The notes beneath the pieces are model-generated. The model had not been told where the DNA came from and searched no databases. It worked only from the letters and a program-made list of their open reading frames with translations. The translations under genes and the position numbers were made by a program. From IMG/VR virus record IMGVR_UViG_3300038393_000245, positions 76,289 to 140,288 of that record: a stretch of 64,000 bases of DNA; one strand, 5' to 3'. Below are positions 35,034 through 45,481 of this stretch, piece after piece; positions within the stretch are counted from its first letter, which is position 1, and the number at the start of each line of letters is the position of its first letter. The DNA comes from a virus. Its lineage: Duplodnaviria > Heunggongvirae > Uroviricota > Caudoviricetes.

Positions 35034-37675
35034 TATGACCTCACAACAAAGGCTATATCCTGGAGAGTTGAATCAGGAGAAGCTGGAGCCTCTATCCACG
35101 CTAGATCACCACTACTAATAGATCCTGCCGTTATACTGACGGTTGCTGTAGTTGATGCCGCTCCGAAAGTAAAGGTGCCAATGGTTGTAGGACTTGCTAT
35201 CGTTCCTTTTTTAAGAGTGAACACCGTGCTGCCAGTAGCAGCGACCAAACTTTTCGCAGCACTATTAGTCTGACTGATCGTAACGGGATACTGGAAGATA
35301 CCTAGGACGTATCTCTCATTAGCGAGTGTCGTTCCGGTAACAGTGTAGTCCTTACCGTCAACTTTATTAGCTGCAGTAATGTTACCAGATGCAGCAATAG
35401 CAGCGGCACTAACTGTTCCAGTGAAAGTTGGAGAAGAAGTTGGAGCCTTAGCATTAAGAGCGGTCTGAAGATCGGTCTGACTGCTTAAAGTTCCTGTAAT
35501 ACTTCCCCACGACGCAGGACCAGCGGTTCCTGTTATAGAACCTCCTGCTGGCTTAAGTATTCGAATATAATCACCAGCACTATCGGTTGTTATAGTGACA
35601 GTAGTTCCACTTAGAGTGTAGTTTGTAGTTGGAGCTTGTAGAACTCCGTTAACAAACACCTCAATATCATCAACAGTAAGGCCACTCTCAGGGATTGTGA
35701 CTGTTTGTGATGCTCCTGTACCAGTAGCGGTAACCGGAGACCATGCCATTCCACTATTTCCACCCGCTGAACCGGTGAAACCAGTCGGACCAGTAGATCC
35801 CTGAGATCCAGTGAATCCAGTCGGCCCAGAAGACCCAGATGAACCAGTGAAACCAGTAGGGCCCGTTGTTCCCTGCGAACCAGTGAATCCCGTAGGACCT
35901 GCAACAGTAGACGCCGATCCAGTGAACCCAGTAGGACCTGTTGTTCCCTGTGACCCAGTAAAACCGGTTGGCCCGGTCGAACCCTGAGAACCCGTAAATC
36001 CAATCGATCCTTGCGACCCAGTGAATCCGGTCGGACCAGTAGGCCCTTGTGATCCTTGCGACCCCGTGAACCCGGTCGGTCCAGCGACAGTAGAAGCAGA
36101 TCCAGTAAAACCAGTCGGACCAGTAGGCCCTTGTGATCCTTGCGATCCAGTAAAACCGGTAGGACCCGCAACAGTAGAAGCAGATCCAGTGAACCCAGTC
36201 GGACCTGTTGCACCACTAGATCCCGTAAATCCAATCGATCCTTGCGATCCGGTGAATCCAATTGGACCTTGTGATCCTTGCGACCCAGTGAAACCTGTAG
36301 AACCAGAAGTTCCAGCCGATCCCGTGAACCCAGTCGGACCTGATGAACCCTGTGAACCGGTAAAACCAATCGGACCTGATGAACCAGTTGATCCAGTAAA
36401 ACCAGTCGAACCAGTGAACCCTGTTGGTCCGGTAGAACCAGAAGATCCAGCAGAACCAGTGAACCCTACTGGCCCAGTAGACCCTTGCGATCCAGTAAAT
36501 CCTGTTGGTCCAGAAGTTCCAGCCGATCCCGTGAACCCAGTCGGACCTGATGAACCCTGTGAACCGGTAAAACCAACATTACCTTGAGCTCCGCTTGAAC
36601 CAGTAAACCCAGTAGATCCTGTTGTTCCCTGTGACCCTGTGAATCCGGTTGGTCCAGCGACGGTAGACGCCGATCCAGTAAACCCAGTAGGTCCTGTTGT
36701 TCCTTGCGAGCCAGTGAATCCAGTCGGCCCAGCAACAGTAGAAGCAGATCCAGTGAACCCAGTAGGACCAACAGGACCAGTAGAACCCTGAGAACCAGTA
36801 TATCCGATATCACCTTGAGCACCGGTCGACCCGGTGAATCCAGTTGGACCCATCGCGCCCATGGATCCAGTGTATCCTATGTCACCCTGCGATCCGGTGT
36901 ACCCCTGAGATCCGGTCGACCCAGTATATCCCTGGCTTCCAGTATATCCAATACTTCCCTGTGACCCGGTGTATCCTATATCACCTTGCGATCCAGTGTA
37001 CCCGATTGGTCCCTGAATATTTCCTACATTCTCCCAAGCACTCCCGTTCCATACATACAGATCACCATTAATGAGATATGCGTCTCCACTAGTTCCACTT
37101 GCGGGAAGTTCTGCGGTGCTAGAAAATGACCCCTTAATGTTGATTCCGTTTCCAATCGATCCAGTGTATCCAATTGAACCCGTGTAGCCAAGATCTCCCT
37201 TAGAACCAACAAACCCAGTTAGTCCTATAGTTCCCTGCGAACCAGTATATCCGATTACGCCCTGATCTCCAGTAGAACCAACATATCCAATTGGACCGAT
37301 ATCCCCTTGAGAACCGGTATAGCCGATGGGACCAATGTCTCCTTGTGATCCGGTGAATCCGACGGACCCCGAATATCCCGTTGTTCCTATTGATCCAGAA
37401 TATCCGATATCACCCTGCGATCCGGTATATCCAATCGATCCAGTATATCCTAGATCTCCCTGTGAACCAACGTATCCTGTCGATCCATCGTACCCAATCG
37501 AACCTTGTGAACCGGTGTATCCAATCGAACCAGTGAATCCAACTGACCCAGAATATCCTCTAGTGATCTGAAGAACCTCGACAGAGATAGCGTCAGGGTC
37601 TGTTATCACCGATAGAGGAGGCGATCCAATCTCTGTTACTTGTTCTATCTCGATATTATAGGCCATCTGATACAC
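35033..37675 (-). CDS. collagen-like triple-helix repeat tail-fibre protein (880 aa)
   Basis: Hundreds of G-X-Y triplets ([30 protein letters not shown]) between non-collagen N- and C-terminal domains. Confidence 0.75.
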   Translation of the reverse strand: MYQMAYNIEIEQVTEIGSPPLSVITDPDAISVEVLQITRGYSGSVGFTGSIGYTGSQGSIGYDGSTGYVGSQGDLGYTGSIGYTGSQGDIGYSGSIGTTGYSGSVGFTGSQGDIGPIGYTGSQGDIGPIGYVGSTGDQGVIGYTGSQGTIGLTGFVGSKGDLGYTGSIGYTGSIGNGINIKGSFSSTAELPASGTSGDAYLINGDLYVWNGSAWENVGNIQGPIGYTGSQGDIGYTGSQGSIGYTGSQGYTGSTGSQGYTGSQGDIGYTGSMGAMGPTGFTGSTGAQGDIGYTGSQGSTGPVGPTGFTGSASTVAGPTGFTGSQGTTGPTGFTGSASTVAGPTGFTGSQGTTGSTGFTGSSGAQGNVGFTGSQGSSGPTGFTGSAGTSGPTGFTGSQGSTGPVGFTGSAGSSGSTGPTGFTGSTGFTGSTGSSGPIGFTGSQGSSGPTGFTGSAGTSGSTGFTGSQGSQGPIGFTGSQGSIGFTGSSGATGPTGFTGSASTVAGPTGFTGSQGSQGPTGPTGFTGSASTVAGPTGFTGSQGSQGPTGPTGFTGSQGSIGFTGSQGSTGPTGFTGSQGTTGPTGFTGSASTVAGPTGFTGSQGTTGPTGFTGSSGSSGPTGFTGSQGSTGPTGFTGSAGGNSGMAWSPVTATGTGASQTVTIPESGLTVDDIEVFVNGVLQAPTTNYTLSGTTVTITTDSAGDYIRILKPAGGSITGTAGPASWGSITGTLSSQTDLQTALNAKAPTSSPTFTGTVSAAAIAASGNITAANKVDGKDYTVTGTTLANERYVLGIFQYPVTISQTNSAAKSLVAATGSTVFTLKKGTIASPTTIGTFTFGAASTTATVSITAGSISSGDLAWIEAPASPDSTLQDIAFVVRS
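35700..37560. repeat. imperfect tandem nucleotide repeats encoding G-X-Y collagen triplets
   Basis: Recurring ggatccagtgaacccagt(c/a)ggacc-type units within the collagen-like gene. Confidence 0.7.
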
Positions 37676-37976
37676 TCACCGCGATTATATTTTCAATAAA
37701 AACGGTATTATCTGTTTTATTAGCCTTAACCACAATCACATATCCACTTCCTAAATGATTTAGAAGAGTTGTTTGATTGCTGGCTAATTCTAGAGATAGA
37801 GCCGTGTCGAGAGGGGTGAGAACTATGTCAAAGGGTTTCGGTCCACTCTTTGTTTGGTACCTCAGTTCAGCTGATATATTCCATGTTCCGTCATTGACAT
37901 CTACCGTGGTATCATCATTCTTAACTCGCACGAGGAGAGTTATAGGAAATCCCTTAACTATTCGAATTGTTGACAT
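37656..37976 (-). CDS. hypothetical structural protein (106 aa)
   Basis: First gene of the fibre operon. TAATAAATATAG late-like motif at 38001-38010. AGGAG SD. Confidence 0.45.
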   Translation of the reverse strand: MSTIRIVKGFPITLLVRVKNDDTTVDVNDGTWNISAELRYQTKSGPKPFDIVLTPLDTALSLELASNQTTLLNHLGSGYVIVVKANKTDNTVFIENIIAVSVSDGL

Positions 37977-38073
37977 GCGGCTACACTCCTCTTTCGCTAT
38001 ATTTATTAGTAGTATTATCTACGATACTGGAACTCTAGTTGACATTTTCTAGAGCACGTGATAAGATATAACC

Positions 38074-39249
38074 ATGCATATCAAAGAAACCATTTACAAG
38101 AGAACCAAGTCTGGAAAAATCCAAATTTGGTTGGCTCACGTTGACTCTGAAAACGGAAGATATAGAACCGTTTCAGGTCAAATTGATGGAGCGCATACAA
38201 CGTCTGAATGGACCGTGTGCGAGCCTAAGAACATTGGAAAGTCAAATGAGACGACTGTGTCTCAACAGGCTTTCCTTGAAGTTGAAGCGATGTATCGGAA
38301 GAGGCTCGAAAGAGAGTACCATAAGTCGATTGATGAGATCGATCATAAGAGGTATACAAAGCCAGAGAAGGCTCTAAAATGGTACGAGGACTCTAAGAAG
38401 AGGCCGACAAAAGGGTCATTGATTGGAGTTCAGCCGAAGCTGGATGGAATGAGGTGCCTTGCTTCTTCAGTCGGGTGTCGATCTCAAGACGGGAAGATCA
38501 TTCCAGGAGCGCCTCATATTACCGAGGCGCTTAAGGACTTCCATGAGAAGTATCCTGAGTTCGAGCTCGATGGAGAGTTGTACAATCATGAGTTCAAAGA
38601 GGACTTCGAAGGGCTCATGAGCAGTCTTAAGAAGGAGCCAAAGACTCCTGAGTTGGCTCAACGAGCAAGGAATGTCGTCCAGTATCATGTTTATGATATC
38701 GTCTGTTCTCGACCGTACTGGGAAAAATCTAATGAGAGTGATGATCCTTTCTCGGTTGGTCGATACCAGATTTTGGAAAATATCTTTGACATCTTCTTCG
38801 AGAAGTATGGCCAGATGTTTCAACTCGTTCCAATGGTCGTCACTCATATGGATGATACAGGAAAGGTTGTTGAGGATATCGACGACGACTACATTGAACA
38901 GGGATACGAGGGATCCATTGTTCGGGTCCTTTCGGATCGGTCTGGCTATGAGGCTGGAGCTCGTCGAAAGATGTTTAAAGTGAAGAACTTCATTGATGAT
39001 GAATTCCCCATTGTAGAAGTCCTCGAGGGAAAGGGGAATTGGTCCGGACACGCTAAAGCTATTAGAGTTCAGCTTCCAAATGGAAACATCTGCAAAGCTA
39101 GCGTCAAGGGAGACAAAGAGTACGCTAGAGACCTTCTTTTGAAGAAGAATGAAATCGTTGGAAAATTGGCAACAGTGAAGTATCTTCGTTATTCGAAAAA
39201 GGGAATGCTAAACCTTCCGATCTTTAAATCTATCAGGTGGGACGCATGA
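38074..39249 (+). CDS. ATP-dependent DNA ligase (T7/Chlorella-virus type)
   Basis: Motif I KLDGMR (KxDGxR), motif IV EGSIVR, motif V MFKVKN, motif VI-like LPIFKSIRWD. Promoter TTGACA-N17-TAAGAT at 38039-38067. Confidence 0.75.
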   Translation: MHIKETIYKRTKSGKIQIWLAHVDSENGRYRTVSGQIDGAHTTSEWTVCEPKNIGKSNETTVSQQAFLEVEAMYRKRLEREYHKSIDEIDHKRYTKPEKALKWYEDSKKRPTKGSLIGVQPKLDGMRCLASSVGCRSQDGKIIPGAPHITEALKDFHEKYPEFELDGELYNHEFKEDFEGLMSSLKKEPKTPELAQRARNVVQYHVYDIVCSRPYWEKSNESDDPFSVGRYQILENIFDIFFEKYGQMFQLVPMVVTHMDDTGKVVEDIDDDYIEQGYEGSIVRVLSDRSGYEAGARRKMFKVKNFIDDEFPIVEVLEGKGNWSGHAKAIRVQLPNGNICKASVKGDKEYARDLLLKKNEIVGKLATVKYLRYSKKGMLNLPIFKSIRWDA

Positions 39250-39250
39250 G

Positions 39251-39952
39251 ATGAGAATCATTAACGGACACGACTATTATGATTCTTCTTTGGCGTATGG
39301 ACACGATCCAAAAGTCGTGTTCGTAAGAGACGAAGGAAAATATCTTCCCAAGGAAACATTCAAAAAACCGCACTCTAATGTTTATTTTCTGGACCCTGAG
39401 GACGTGGGAAGAGAATATCATTGGAGTCATAAATCAGAATTTCTATCTAAGAAGAATGAGAGATGGGAACCCACTTTCATTCGAGTTATTTTCTGTGGAA
39501 TTCTCTATACTGGGATTCGTATGATTCACACTATTTCTGATTCGAGAGTAGAGAAAGAAGACGTCTTCTTTTGGAGTCGAGAGGCATTTCAATCATGGGT
39601 TGACGGTTTCAAGAAGGTCGCATATTTCTCTGAAAGACACTTTTTTGGAGATGAGAATTATTGTTGTATTCCTATCACGATCACTGGAGAAGAGTATTCG
39701 AAGCTTCTTAAGAATAGGATCAGCATCGCTATTTTTCGAGGAGACCAAAAGGGGTGGGAGATTAATTGTTCTGGCCTCCGGGACATTCAATTCTACAAAG
39801 TATTCGATTCAGTTACCGCTTTTCAAGAACTCGACATGTGGATGAGTGGAGCTCTCGGAATGCCTGGAAACCCTATGGTCGAAGTCTCTGATGAATATCG
39901 AATTCTTAAACACGGAATGGATAAGTGGTCATTTAGAAAGAAAGTTCGATGA
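39251..39952 (+). CDS. hypothetical protein (233 aa)
   Basis: ORF track. Confidence 0.5.
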   Translation: MRIINGHDYYDSSLAYGHDPKVVFVRDEGKYLPKETFKKPHSNVYFLDPEDVGREYHWSHKSEFLSKKNERWEPTFIRVIFCGILYTGIRMIHTISDSRVEKEDVFFWSREAFQSWVDGFKKVAYFSERHFFGDENYCCIPITITGEEYSKLLKNRISIAIFRGDQKGWEINCSGLRDIQFYKVFDSVTAFQELDMWMSGALGMPGNPMVEVSDEYRILKHGMDKWSFRKKVR

Positions 39953-40317
39953 AATATTTGTTCCTTGATGATTATAGAATCCCAAGTGACGTCACTTGGG
40001 ATAAGAACTTTCCACTCGGAAAGCAATGGTTTATTGTGAGAGACATCGATCAGTTTAAGATGGCGATTGATAATTGTCTTGAAGAGATCGAGCACGTTGC
40101 TTTCGATCACGATCTTGCTCTAGAACACTATACTGGAATGGGAAACGTATCCAACGATGGAAGAACTGGTCTTGATTGCGCTAAGTACTTAATTGAACAG
40201 TGTATAGAGATGAATATTCCTCTTCCTAGCTTCTCATCTCACTCAATGAATCCAGCTGGAAGAGACAATATTCTTTCTCTCCTTTCTAACTTCCAAGAGT
40301 TCCAGAAACATAACTAA
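39949..40317 (+). CDS. hypothetical protein (122 aa)
   Basis: ATGA overlap. Confidence 0.5.
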   Translation: MKYLFLDDYRIPSDVTWDKNFPLGKQWFIVRDIDQFKMAIDNCLEEIEHVAFDHDLALEHYTGMGNVSNDGRTGLDCAKYLIEQCIEMNIPLPSFSSHSMNPAGRDNILSLLSNFQEFQKHN

Positions 40318-40417
40318 GTCAGATTCTAGTTATGTTGTATACATCCGACTAAAATTAGAATATACTCTATATTAGTTGGACTACCAACTAATGTAAATTC
40401 CGGTTAGGGAATATAGT

Positions 40418-41320
40418 ATGACTGATAATGCATTCGTCGCAGAAGCGACGACCAGTTCGGCCAATAAGACTTTCTCTGATAAGGAAGTAATCGATTCGTT
40501 CTTTCTTGGAGTGGATGCCAGTTCTCTTCTCTATCATTCTCGAGGGAGTGTTCTGTTTTACGGATCGGAGATCGTTGCCAGACGAACTCCTTCGAATTCT
40601 ATTATCCTTCCGAAAAATTCCCACAGGGATGTAGATATTAACGATTATCTAATTGGAAAAATATCACATTTAGCGATCCCTTATATTCGCTTAGATTCTT
40701 TCTCTCAAATCACTTCTCCAACTATTCGAATTAAGGATCTAGAGTCGGACAAATTCTCTGAATTCTCCGAGGTCGCTAAACTTTTCGGTTTCGAGTATTC
40801 TCAAGCTGATTTTAATTCAATCACTCGCTCTCGAGAGTTTAAGAATCGCGTCACTCAATTCTTTACATTGATAGAAGAGAAAGAGAAAGAAGAAGCGCGA
40901 ATCGCTCAAGAAGAAGCAAATAAAGAACTCTCTAGGAAAGAGTCGATTTCATGGGACACTGGAGAAGGAGAGGCGGTGAACCCATTCGTAAAGGGATCTG
41001 GGGGAGGGCAAAGGCTCAGATTGCGTTCTGGTTCGTCTAGGACAATAAAAGTTGAGACGTCTAGAGGGCACGAACTCACTTTGAAACAAGCTAAGAGGTC
41101 TTGGGATTTTGCCTCAAAGTATTGGCACGGAGGAAAGAAAATCGAGAATAGCTCTTGGAGTTCCAGTCGTGGCGCTGTCCTTCGACCAAGAAGTAGTTAC
41201 GGTTATAAAACCGTCGTCACAAATTCAACACTAAAATTCGGGTGTCAAGACGTCACTAGGAAAGAAGCTGAGAGATTTGCTTCTTCAATGGGGTGGGCTC
41301 GAGCAATCCCAGAAGGATAA
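40418..41320 (+). CDS. hypothetical protein (300 aa)
   Basis: ORF track. Confidence 0.5.
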   Translation: MTDNAFVAEATTSSANKTFSDKEVIDSFFLGVDASSLLYHSRGSVLFYGSEIVARRTPSNSIILPKNSHRDVDINDYLIGKISHLAIPYIRLDSFSQITSPTIRIKDLESDKFSEFSEVAKLFGFEYSQADFNSITRSREFKNRVTQFFTLIEEKEKEEARIAQEEANKELSRKESISWDTGEGEAVNPFVKGSGGGQRLRLRSGSSRTIKVETSRGHELTLKQAKRSWDFASKYWHGGKKIENSSWSSSRGAVLRPRSSYGYKTVVTNSTLKFGCQDVTRKEAERFASSMGWARAIPEG

Positions 41321-41472
41321 AGGAAACAAGGAATGAATAAAGAAACAGCGAATAAGATTGCTCGGGCTATGGATCGAGCGGGATACCAAGAAGCGGCCGC
41401 AGGATTCGTTAGTGAGAGGTCCTACCTCTATAACGACTATCATTCTCGGAGGCTAGAGAAGATCTGGCTCTC

Positions 41473-41895
41473 TTAACGGACTCTCTTCAAGACCGTAGAG
41501 AATTTAAATTGCTCTGACGGTGCGTTAACAAGAGCAAATGTAATAAAGATTACGTAGGCGTCCTGGTCCTCTCGGGCCTGGGCGTCTACTTGTATCAAGA
41601 TTACGCGTGGCTCATTCTGCTCTATCGTTGTTTGTATAGATGACTTGATTAAGTCAGTTGTGACATCATCCATTGGCTCGAATAGGAGTCTCTTAAGTCC
41701 ACATCCAATGGTAGAGTTGAAGAATCTCTCACCCTTATTAGTAAGAATCAAGTTCTTGAGAGATCGAATTATTGCCCTCTCATTTGTTACACGAGCTAGC
41801 TCTCCACTTATCGGGTTCCGATCAAGATTCATCAAAAAATCCGAATAATATTCGGTTTGTTTTTGTGTCGGAGTTATTCGATCTGCTCTACTCAT
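41473..41895 (-). CDS. baseplate wedge subunit gp25-like (GPW/gp25 family)
   Basis: NLILTNKGERFFNSTIGCGLKRLLFEPMDDVT resembles T4 gp25 LGIITTRKGSRPFDPEFGCDLSDQLFENMTPLT. Confidence 0.75.
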   Translation of the reverse strand: MSRADRITPTQKQTEYYSDFLMNLDRNPISGELARVTNERAIIRSLKNLILTNKGERFFNSTIGCGLKRLLFEPMDDVTTDLIKSSIQTTIEQNEPRVILIQVDAQAREDQDAYVIFITFALVNAPSEQFKFSTVLKRVR

Positions 41896-41898
41896 TTG

Positions 41899-42498
41899 TT
41901 ACCCGTTAACGATGTTGACTGGAGAACCCTTAAGAGTAAGAGGACCAGATTTGGAGTTGATTCTAATATTCTTTGCCTCGATATCTATATCACTCTTAGA
42001 GACTAGAGAGACGTCTCCGTTTACCTCAATCTCAGCATCCTTCTTAACCTCGGCATTCAAGTTGCCATTAGTCGAGACACTAGCACTTCCTTGGACTTTG
42101 GTGTATGAGTCTCCACCAACCATAGTGACCGAATCTCCAACGGTAGCTACAGTAGAGTCTCCTCCAACTGCCGCCGTTAGGTCTCCATGTACCTCTATAT
42201 TGGCATCTCCTTTAATTACGATATTCATGTTTCCAGCGATCAGAACGTCGTAATTGTTATCGATAGTGAGAGTCATTCCTCCCTTAACATATTGATACTC
42301 ATCGGAAACGACTAGAGTGACTCTTCTACCGTCAGGACTAATCTCCCAGTATGTTCCTGACTTATGAGCCTCTCTTAATCTCTCGTGTCCTGGAGTATCA
42401 TCAATATGTTTTTCGTGCCCTGAGCGCGAGACGTGAGTCTGATTCCATGGATATTCAGCCTTATAGGTCGTATCAGGAAGCCTCTTCTCATCAGACAT
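41899..42498 (-). CDS. baseplate central spike C-terminal beta-helix (gp5 C-domain-like), separate ORF
   Basis: EYPWNQTHVSRSGHEKHIDDTPGHERLREAHKSGTYWEISPDGRRV matches T4 gp5 EYPYVHTMETESGHIQEFDDTPGQERYRLVHPTGTYEEVSPSGRRT, followed by VxGxxxxxV beta-helix repeats. Confidence 0.75.
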   Translation of the reverse strand: MSDEKRLPDTTYKAEYPWNQTHVSRSGHEKHIDDTPGHERLREAHKSGTYWEISPDGRRVTLVVSDEYQYVKGGMTLTIDNNYDVLIAGNMNIVIKGDANIEVHGDLTAAVGGDSTVATVGDSVTMVGGDSYTKVQGSASVSTNGNLNAEVKKDAEIEVNGDVSLVSKSDIDIEAKNIRINSKSGPLTLKGSPVNIVNG

Positions 42499-43605
42499 TT
42501 ACTTTCCCATCTTTATACGAAGTTTTCCAAGAGCAGAGTCTATAGCTGCCATTTGATTCGCCATTGTAAATCTAGCTCCACTGATCCTATTTAGTGCATC
42601 CTCAATAGTTGATATCGGTTGCTTAGATTTTCGAGTTCCGATCGCTCCTATCAAATGAGACACGCTGCTGAGTATCTGATTAGTTGAACCAGGAATATTA
42701 GATTCCACCATTTGAACGACTGTTCCTACCTCGGTTGAAATAACCGAGTCTAATTGATCCTCGGCCATCTGAGACAAATCAGATGCCACTCCCTGTATCA
42801 AAGAATTTATCTGCTCTAGAGGAGCATTAGAGACTAAATTCTTGAGCGTGCTGACAGCATTCTTAGCGTCTTTAAGAGAGCTAATAGCTCCTCGTATATC
42901 ACCGGATCCAATTTGATTCAGCATACTTCCAATGTCCTGACCACTGTACTTTATAGCTCCTATCGTTTTGTTCTCTAAGAACTTAAGTTCTGCCGTTCCA
43001 ATGTGAAGAATATTATCTTTTAGAACAGGGTTCTTGTCGTCTCCTCTGTCGACAGGAGGAAAATCACTGGCTGGTGGGGGAGGAGGATCCGGTTGTTGAC
43101 TAGGAGCCACAGCTGAAGGCGAATCACCAGGCGAAGGTGTAGAAACTGGAGTTGAAGGAGTTTGAATATCTAAATTCCGAGGATCCACTCCGGTAGTTAT
43201 GAACACTTCTGCTTGTTGAGCAGTCATTCCTAGTTCTTGGATAGCGTCTTCGATATTTCCCTTCCACCCTGTAGGAACTGGCTTCTGACCTCCTGGAGTT
43301 TGAAACTGACTAGTATCGATACTCGACTTAGAGGTCGCTCCTAGTGTTCCATCAACCAGTGGGATCTGACGATACCTATCAGCGAAATACCCTACAACCG
43401 TAGATCCGACAACTAACCCAGTAGTAGGTCCGGCGACTCCATTACTCACTGGGTTCGTCACAGGAAACACACAACGAGCCCATGGAAGCATATTGTCCGG
43501 AATTCGGACATTGTCGTCGTGCATTCCATATATTCTTATTTGAACCCTCCCTCCCTTTTCGGGATCGTTAACGTTGACGACGGCTCCTATGAATCTTTGG
43601 TTCAT
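42499..43605 (-). CDS. baseplate central spike N-terminal OB-fold domain (gp5 N-domain-like), no lysozyme domain
   Basis: FIGAVVNVNDPEKGGRVQIRIYGMHDD...LPWARCVFP resembles T4 gp5 FVGVVEDVMDPSLIGRVRVRVHGLH...LPWMSVIQP. A Pro/Ser-rich linker follows. Confidence 0.7.
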   Translation of the reverse strand: MNQRFIGAVVNVNDPEKGGRVQIRIYGMHDDNVRIPDNMLPWARCVFPVTNPVSNGVAGPTTGLVVGSTVVGYFADRYRQIPLVDGTLGATSKSSIDTSQFQTPGGQKPVPTGWKGNIEDAIQELGMTAQQAEVFITTGVDPRNLDIQTPSTPVSTPSPGDSPSAVAPSQQPDPPPPPASDFPPVDRGDDKNPVLKDNILHIGTAELKFLENKTIGAIKYSGQDIGSMLNQIGSGDIRGAISSLKDAKNAVSTLKNLVSNAPLEQINSLIQGVASDLSQMAEDQLDSVISTEVGTVVQMVESNIPGSTNQILSSVSHLIGAIGTRKSKQPISTIEDALNRISGARFTMANQMAAIDSALGKLRIKMGK

Positions 43606-44831
43606 GACATCGGTTCCTTATATCCACCCTTTACCGCTTCAATAGAACACGTGTATCTTGGGTTCGCGCCAGCCGCTCCAATCAAGTGATGTAGAAATGC
43701 TATAACATACTTTCCACTCACCTGTGGATCTTCTTGAGGAGCCTCAGTAGCCGAAGAAGTCTTAATGAGTTTTGCCTCTATCATTTGCCCCGCAGTCAAT
43801 TCTGAGTCCCCTACCACATGAAGCAATATAGACCCTTGGTTATACAGGGAAGTACCACTCGCGCGAGGTCCTAGTCCCTCTAGTAAGAACGTATCAGGAT
43901 TACCTGAGTCATGGTCCACCCATATCTGCTTAGATGAAGCATTTCCATATTGTTTGAGCGTATCAAGATCGGGATCCTTAAGAGTTCCGTCGGCGTTCTT
44001 ATACTGGCTAGGATCGAACTTCCCAAGTTTTCGTGTATACTCTAGCGTCTTATAGTCGAACTTCATCATGTCCGTAGCCATTCCACCCTCTGCTAGTCTA
44101 TCGACTACATTAAACTGATGAGGGTTCTCCCAGGTTATAACATTTCTAAAGTGGGAATTCTTAACATCGACGCCAAGAGTAGGGTCGTTCGTAAATACTC
44201 TGTCTCCCACTGGTCCAGTAAAGAGGTTCTCCATTGTCTTAAAGTGGAATCCATCCTGGTTCTCAAAGAACACGAATGACGAGGATTTATCTTCAATAGA
44301 GATCGAGCGCTTTCTAAGCATATGAATGGCTTCGAAAGGCTTCATTGAGGGAACGATTACTTTTTGGATTCCCTTGGTAGTCTGAACGTTAATCTTCTTA
44401 CTAGGCTTCAGATAAGATTTCGTAATATCTTCTACTATTGATGAAATATTTGTATTGTAAGCCTTAGTGACTCTATTGGCCTTGTTTCGAACTATCTCAG
44501 GACTAAGGGCAACGAGAGTGTATCCCTTGGCTCTCATATTGTCTTGAGGAATACCATTCTTTGATTGTGATAGAATGAGATCGTACTTTGCCTCTTTTCT
44601 TCCTGGAGTGTTCAGAATAATAACTAATCTCTCTGATCCTAAAATAGGAAGGATGGTCTTAATGTTCTTAGTGTCATGAACATACAGTTCTACAATGATT
44701 CCTGGAGTGAATATCGATTCAAATATTGATATTCCCTGAACGTGTTCTACCATGTTCATAACACCCTTGTTGGTGTATAAACTGATGGTTTTAATGACTA
44801 CATCGCCAGGAACATTTTGTTGTAGTGCCAT
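43602..44831 (-). CDS. baseplate hub subunit, gp27-like (409 aa)
   Basis: Size and position immediately upstream of the gp5-like genes, with weak similarity to the T4 gp27 N-region. Assignment is tentative. Confidence 0.4.
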   Translation of the reverse strand: MALQQNVPGDVVIKTISLYTNKGVMNMVEHVQGISIFESIFTPGIIVELYVHDTKNIKTILPILGSERLVIILNTPGRKEAKYDLILSQSKNGIPQDNMRAKGYTLVALSPEIVRNKANRVTKAYNTNISSIVEDITKSYLKPSKKINVQTTKGIQKVIVPSMKPFEAIHMLRKRSISIEDKSSSFVFFENQDGFHFKTMENLFTGPVGDRVFTNDPTLGVDVKNSHFRNVITWENPHQFNVVDRLAEGGMATDMMKFDYKTLEYTRKLGKFDPSQYKNADGTLKDPDLDTLKQYGNASSKQIWVDHDSGNPDTFLLEGLGPRASGTSLYNQGSILLHVVGDSELTAGQMIEAKLIKTSSATEAPQEDPQVSGKYVIAFLHHLIGAAGANPRYTCSIEAVKGGYKEPMS

Positions 44832-45481
44832 TACACTCCTAGAAGAGACTTGAGGTTGCTCTCTGCTGTTGGCGCTAATCGACTATCTAAGAGTCGAATA
44901 TGAGACTTTCTAGCGTTCTCTTCTTCCTCTATATCATAAGCGGTTACTGCCGACCAATATTGCGACTCATCGGCATCGACTGATAGATGAACCGTTCCAT
45001 CTCCCTCTTGGAATATTGCTACAAAGTCTATAGGCTTTCTAACATAATGGAGAGGTAGATTATTGATATCAAATTGTGGTTGCCAATATTTCTTCTCATA
45101 CCAAGGAAGAGAGTTGTACTGGATCGAGGACAGCTGTCTAGTATCCTCATACCAGTTAACTCGATATTGAACTATCTTAGTTCTAGCGGCTTCAAGAGAC
45201 CCATAAGCAGACTTAATGCTAGACTCAAACGTTTCTTGGTCCATAGGCCACTGGTGGTATGGATCGACAATTCCATTAGAAAAATACACTAGCCACACTA
45301 AATCTGGGTCACCATAGTATTTTTCAGCGATCTGTTCCGCTCTCATTCCATCCTTAATCGTATACGGATAAAACGCGTATCGGTCTCCGAACACCATGTC
45401 AAGTATAGCCGTTCTCTGAGTAATATCCAGAGACACTGAACCATTGTAATTGATTAATGGGAACGTTTCGAAGTATCTCAT
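44831..45481 (-). CDS. baseplate wedge subunit gp53-like
   Basis: YAFYPYTIKDGMRAEQIAEKYYGDPDLVWLVYFSNGIVDPYHQW resembles T4 gp53 YRLRTYYIKGSPRPEELANAIYGNPQLYWVLLMCNDNYDPYYGW. Confidence 0.75.
   Translation of the reverse strand: MRYFETFPLINYNGSVSLDITQRTAILDMVFGDRYAFYPYTIKDGMRAEQIAEKYYGDPDLVWLVYFSNGIVDPYHQWPMDQETFESSIKSAYGSLEAARTKIVQYRVNWYEDTRQLSSIQYNSLPWYEKKYWQPQFDINNLPLHYVRKPIDFVAIFQEGDGTVHLSVDADESQYWSAVTAYDIEEEENARKSHIRLLDSRLAPTAESNLKSLLGV

Noticed and set aside
35700-37560. Collagen-like repeat region considered as a possible CRISPR array
   Set aside because: Repeat units are 9-18 nt, in-frame and protein-coding (G-X-Y). There are no fixed-length spacers.
35611-37571. Multiple ORFs on both strands inside the collagen-like gene (35611..36369, 36021..36587, 36466..36822, 37326..37571)
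   Set aside because: Generated by the G-X-Y nucleotide repeats. They give Pro/Val/Asp or Leu/Arg low-complexity products and are not independent genes.
38074-39249. RNA ligase (Rnl1/Rnl2) call for the KxDG enzyme
   Set aside because: Motif I is KLDGMR with the conserved Arg, and the C-terminal OB motif (LPIFKSIRWD) is of DNA-ligase/capping type. Rnl1 and Rnl2 lack these motifs.
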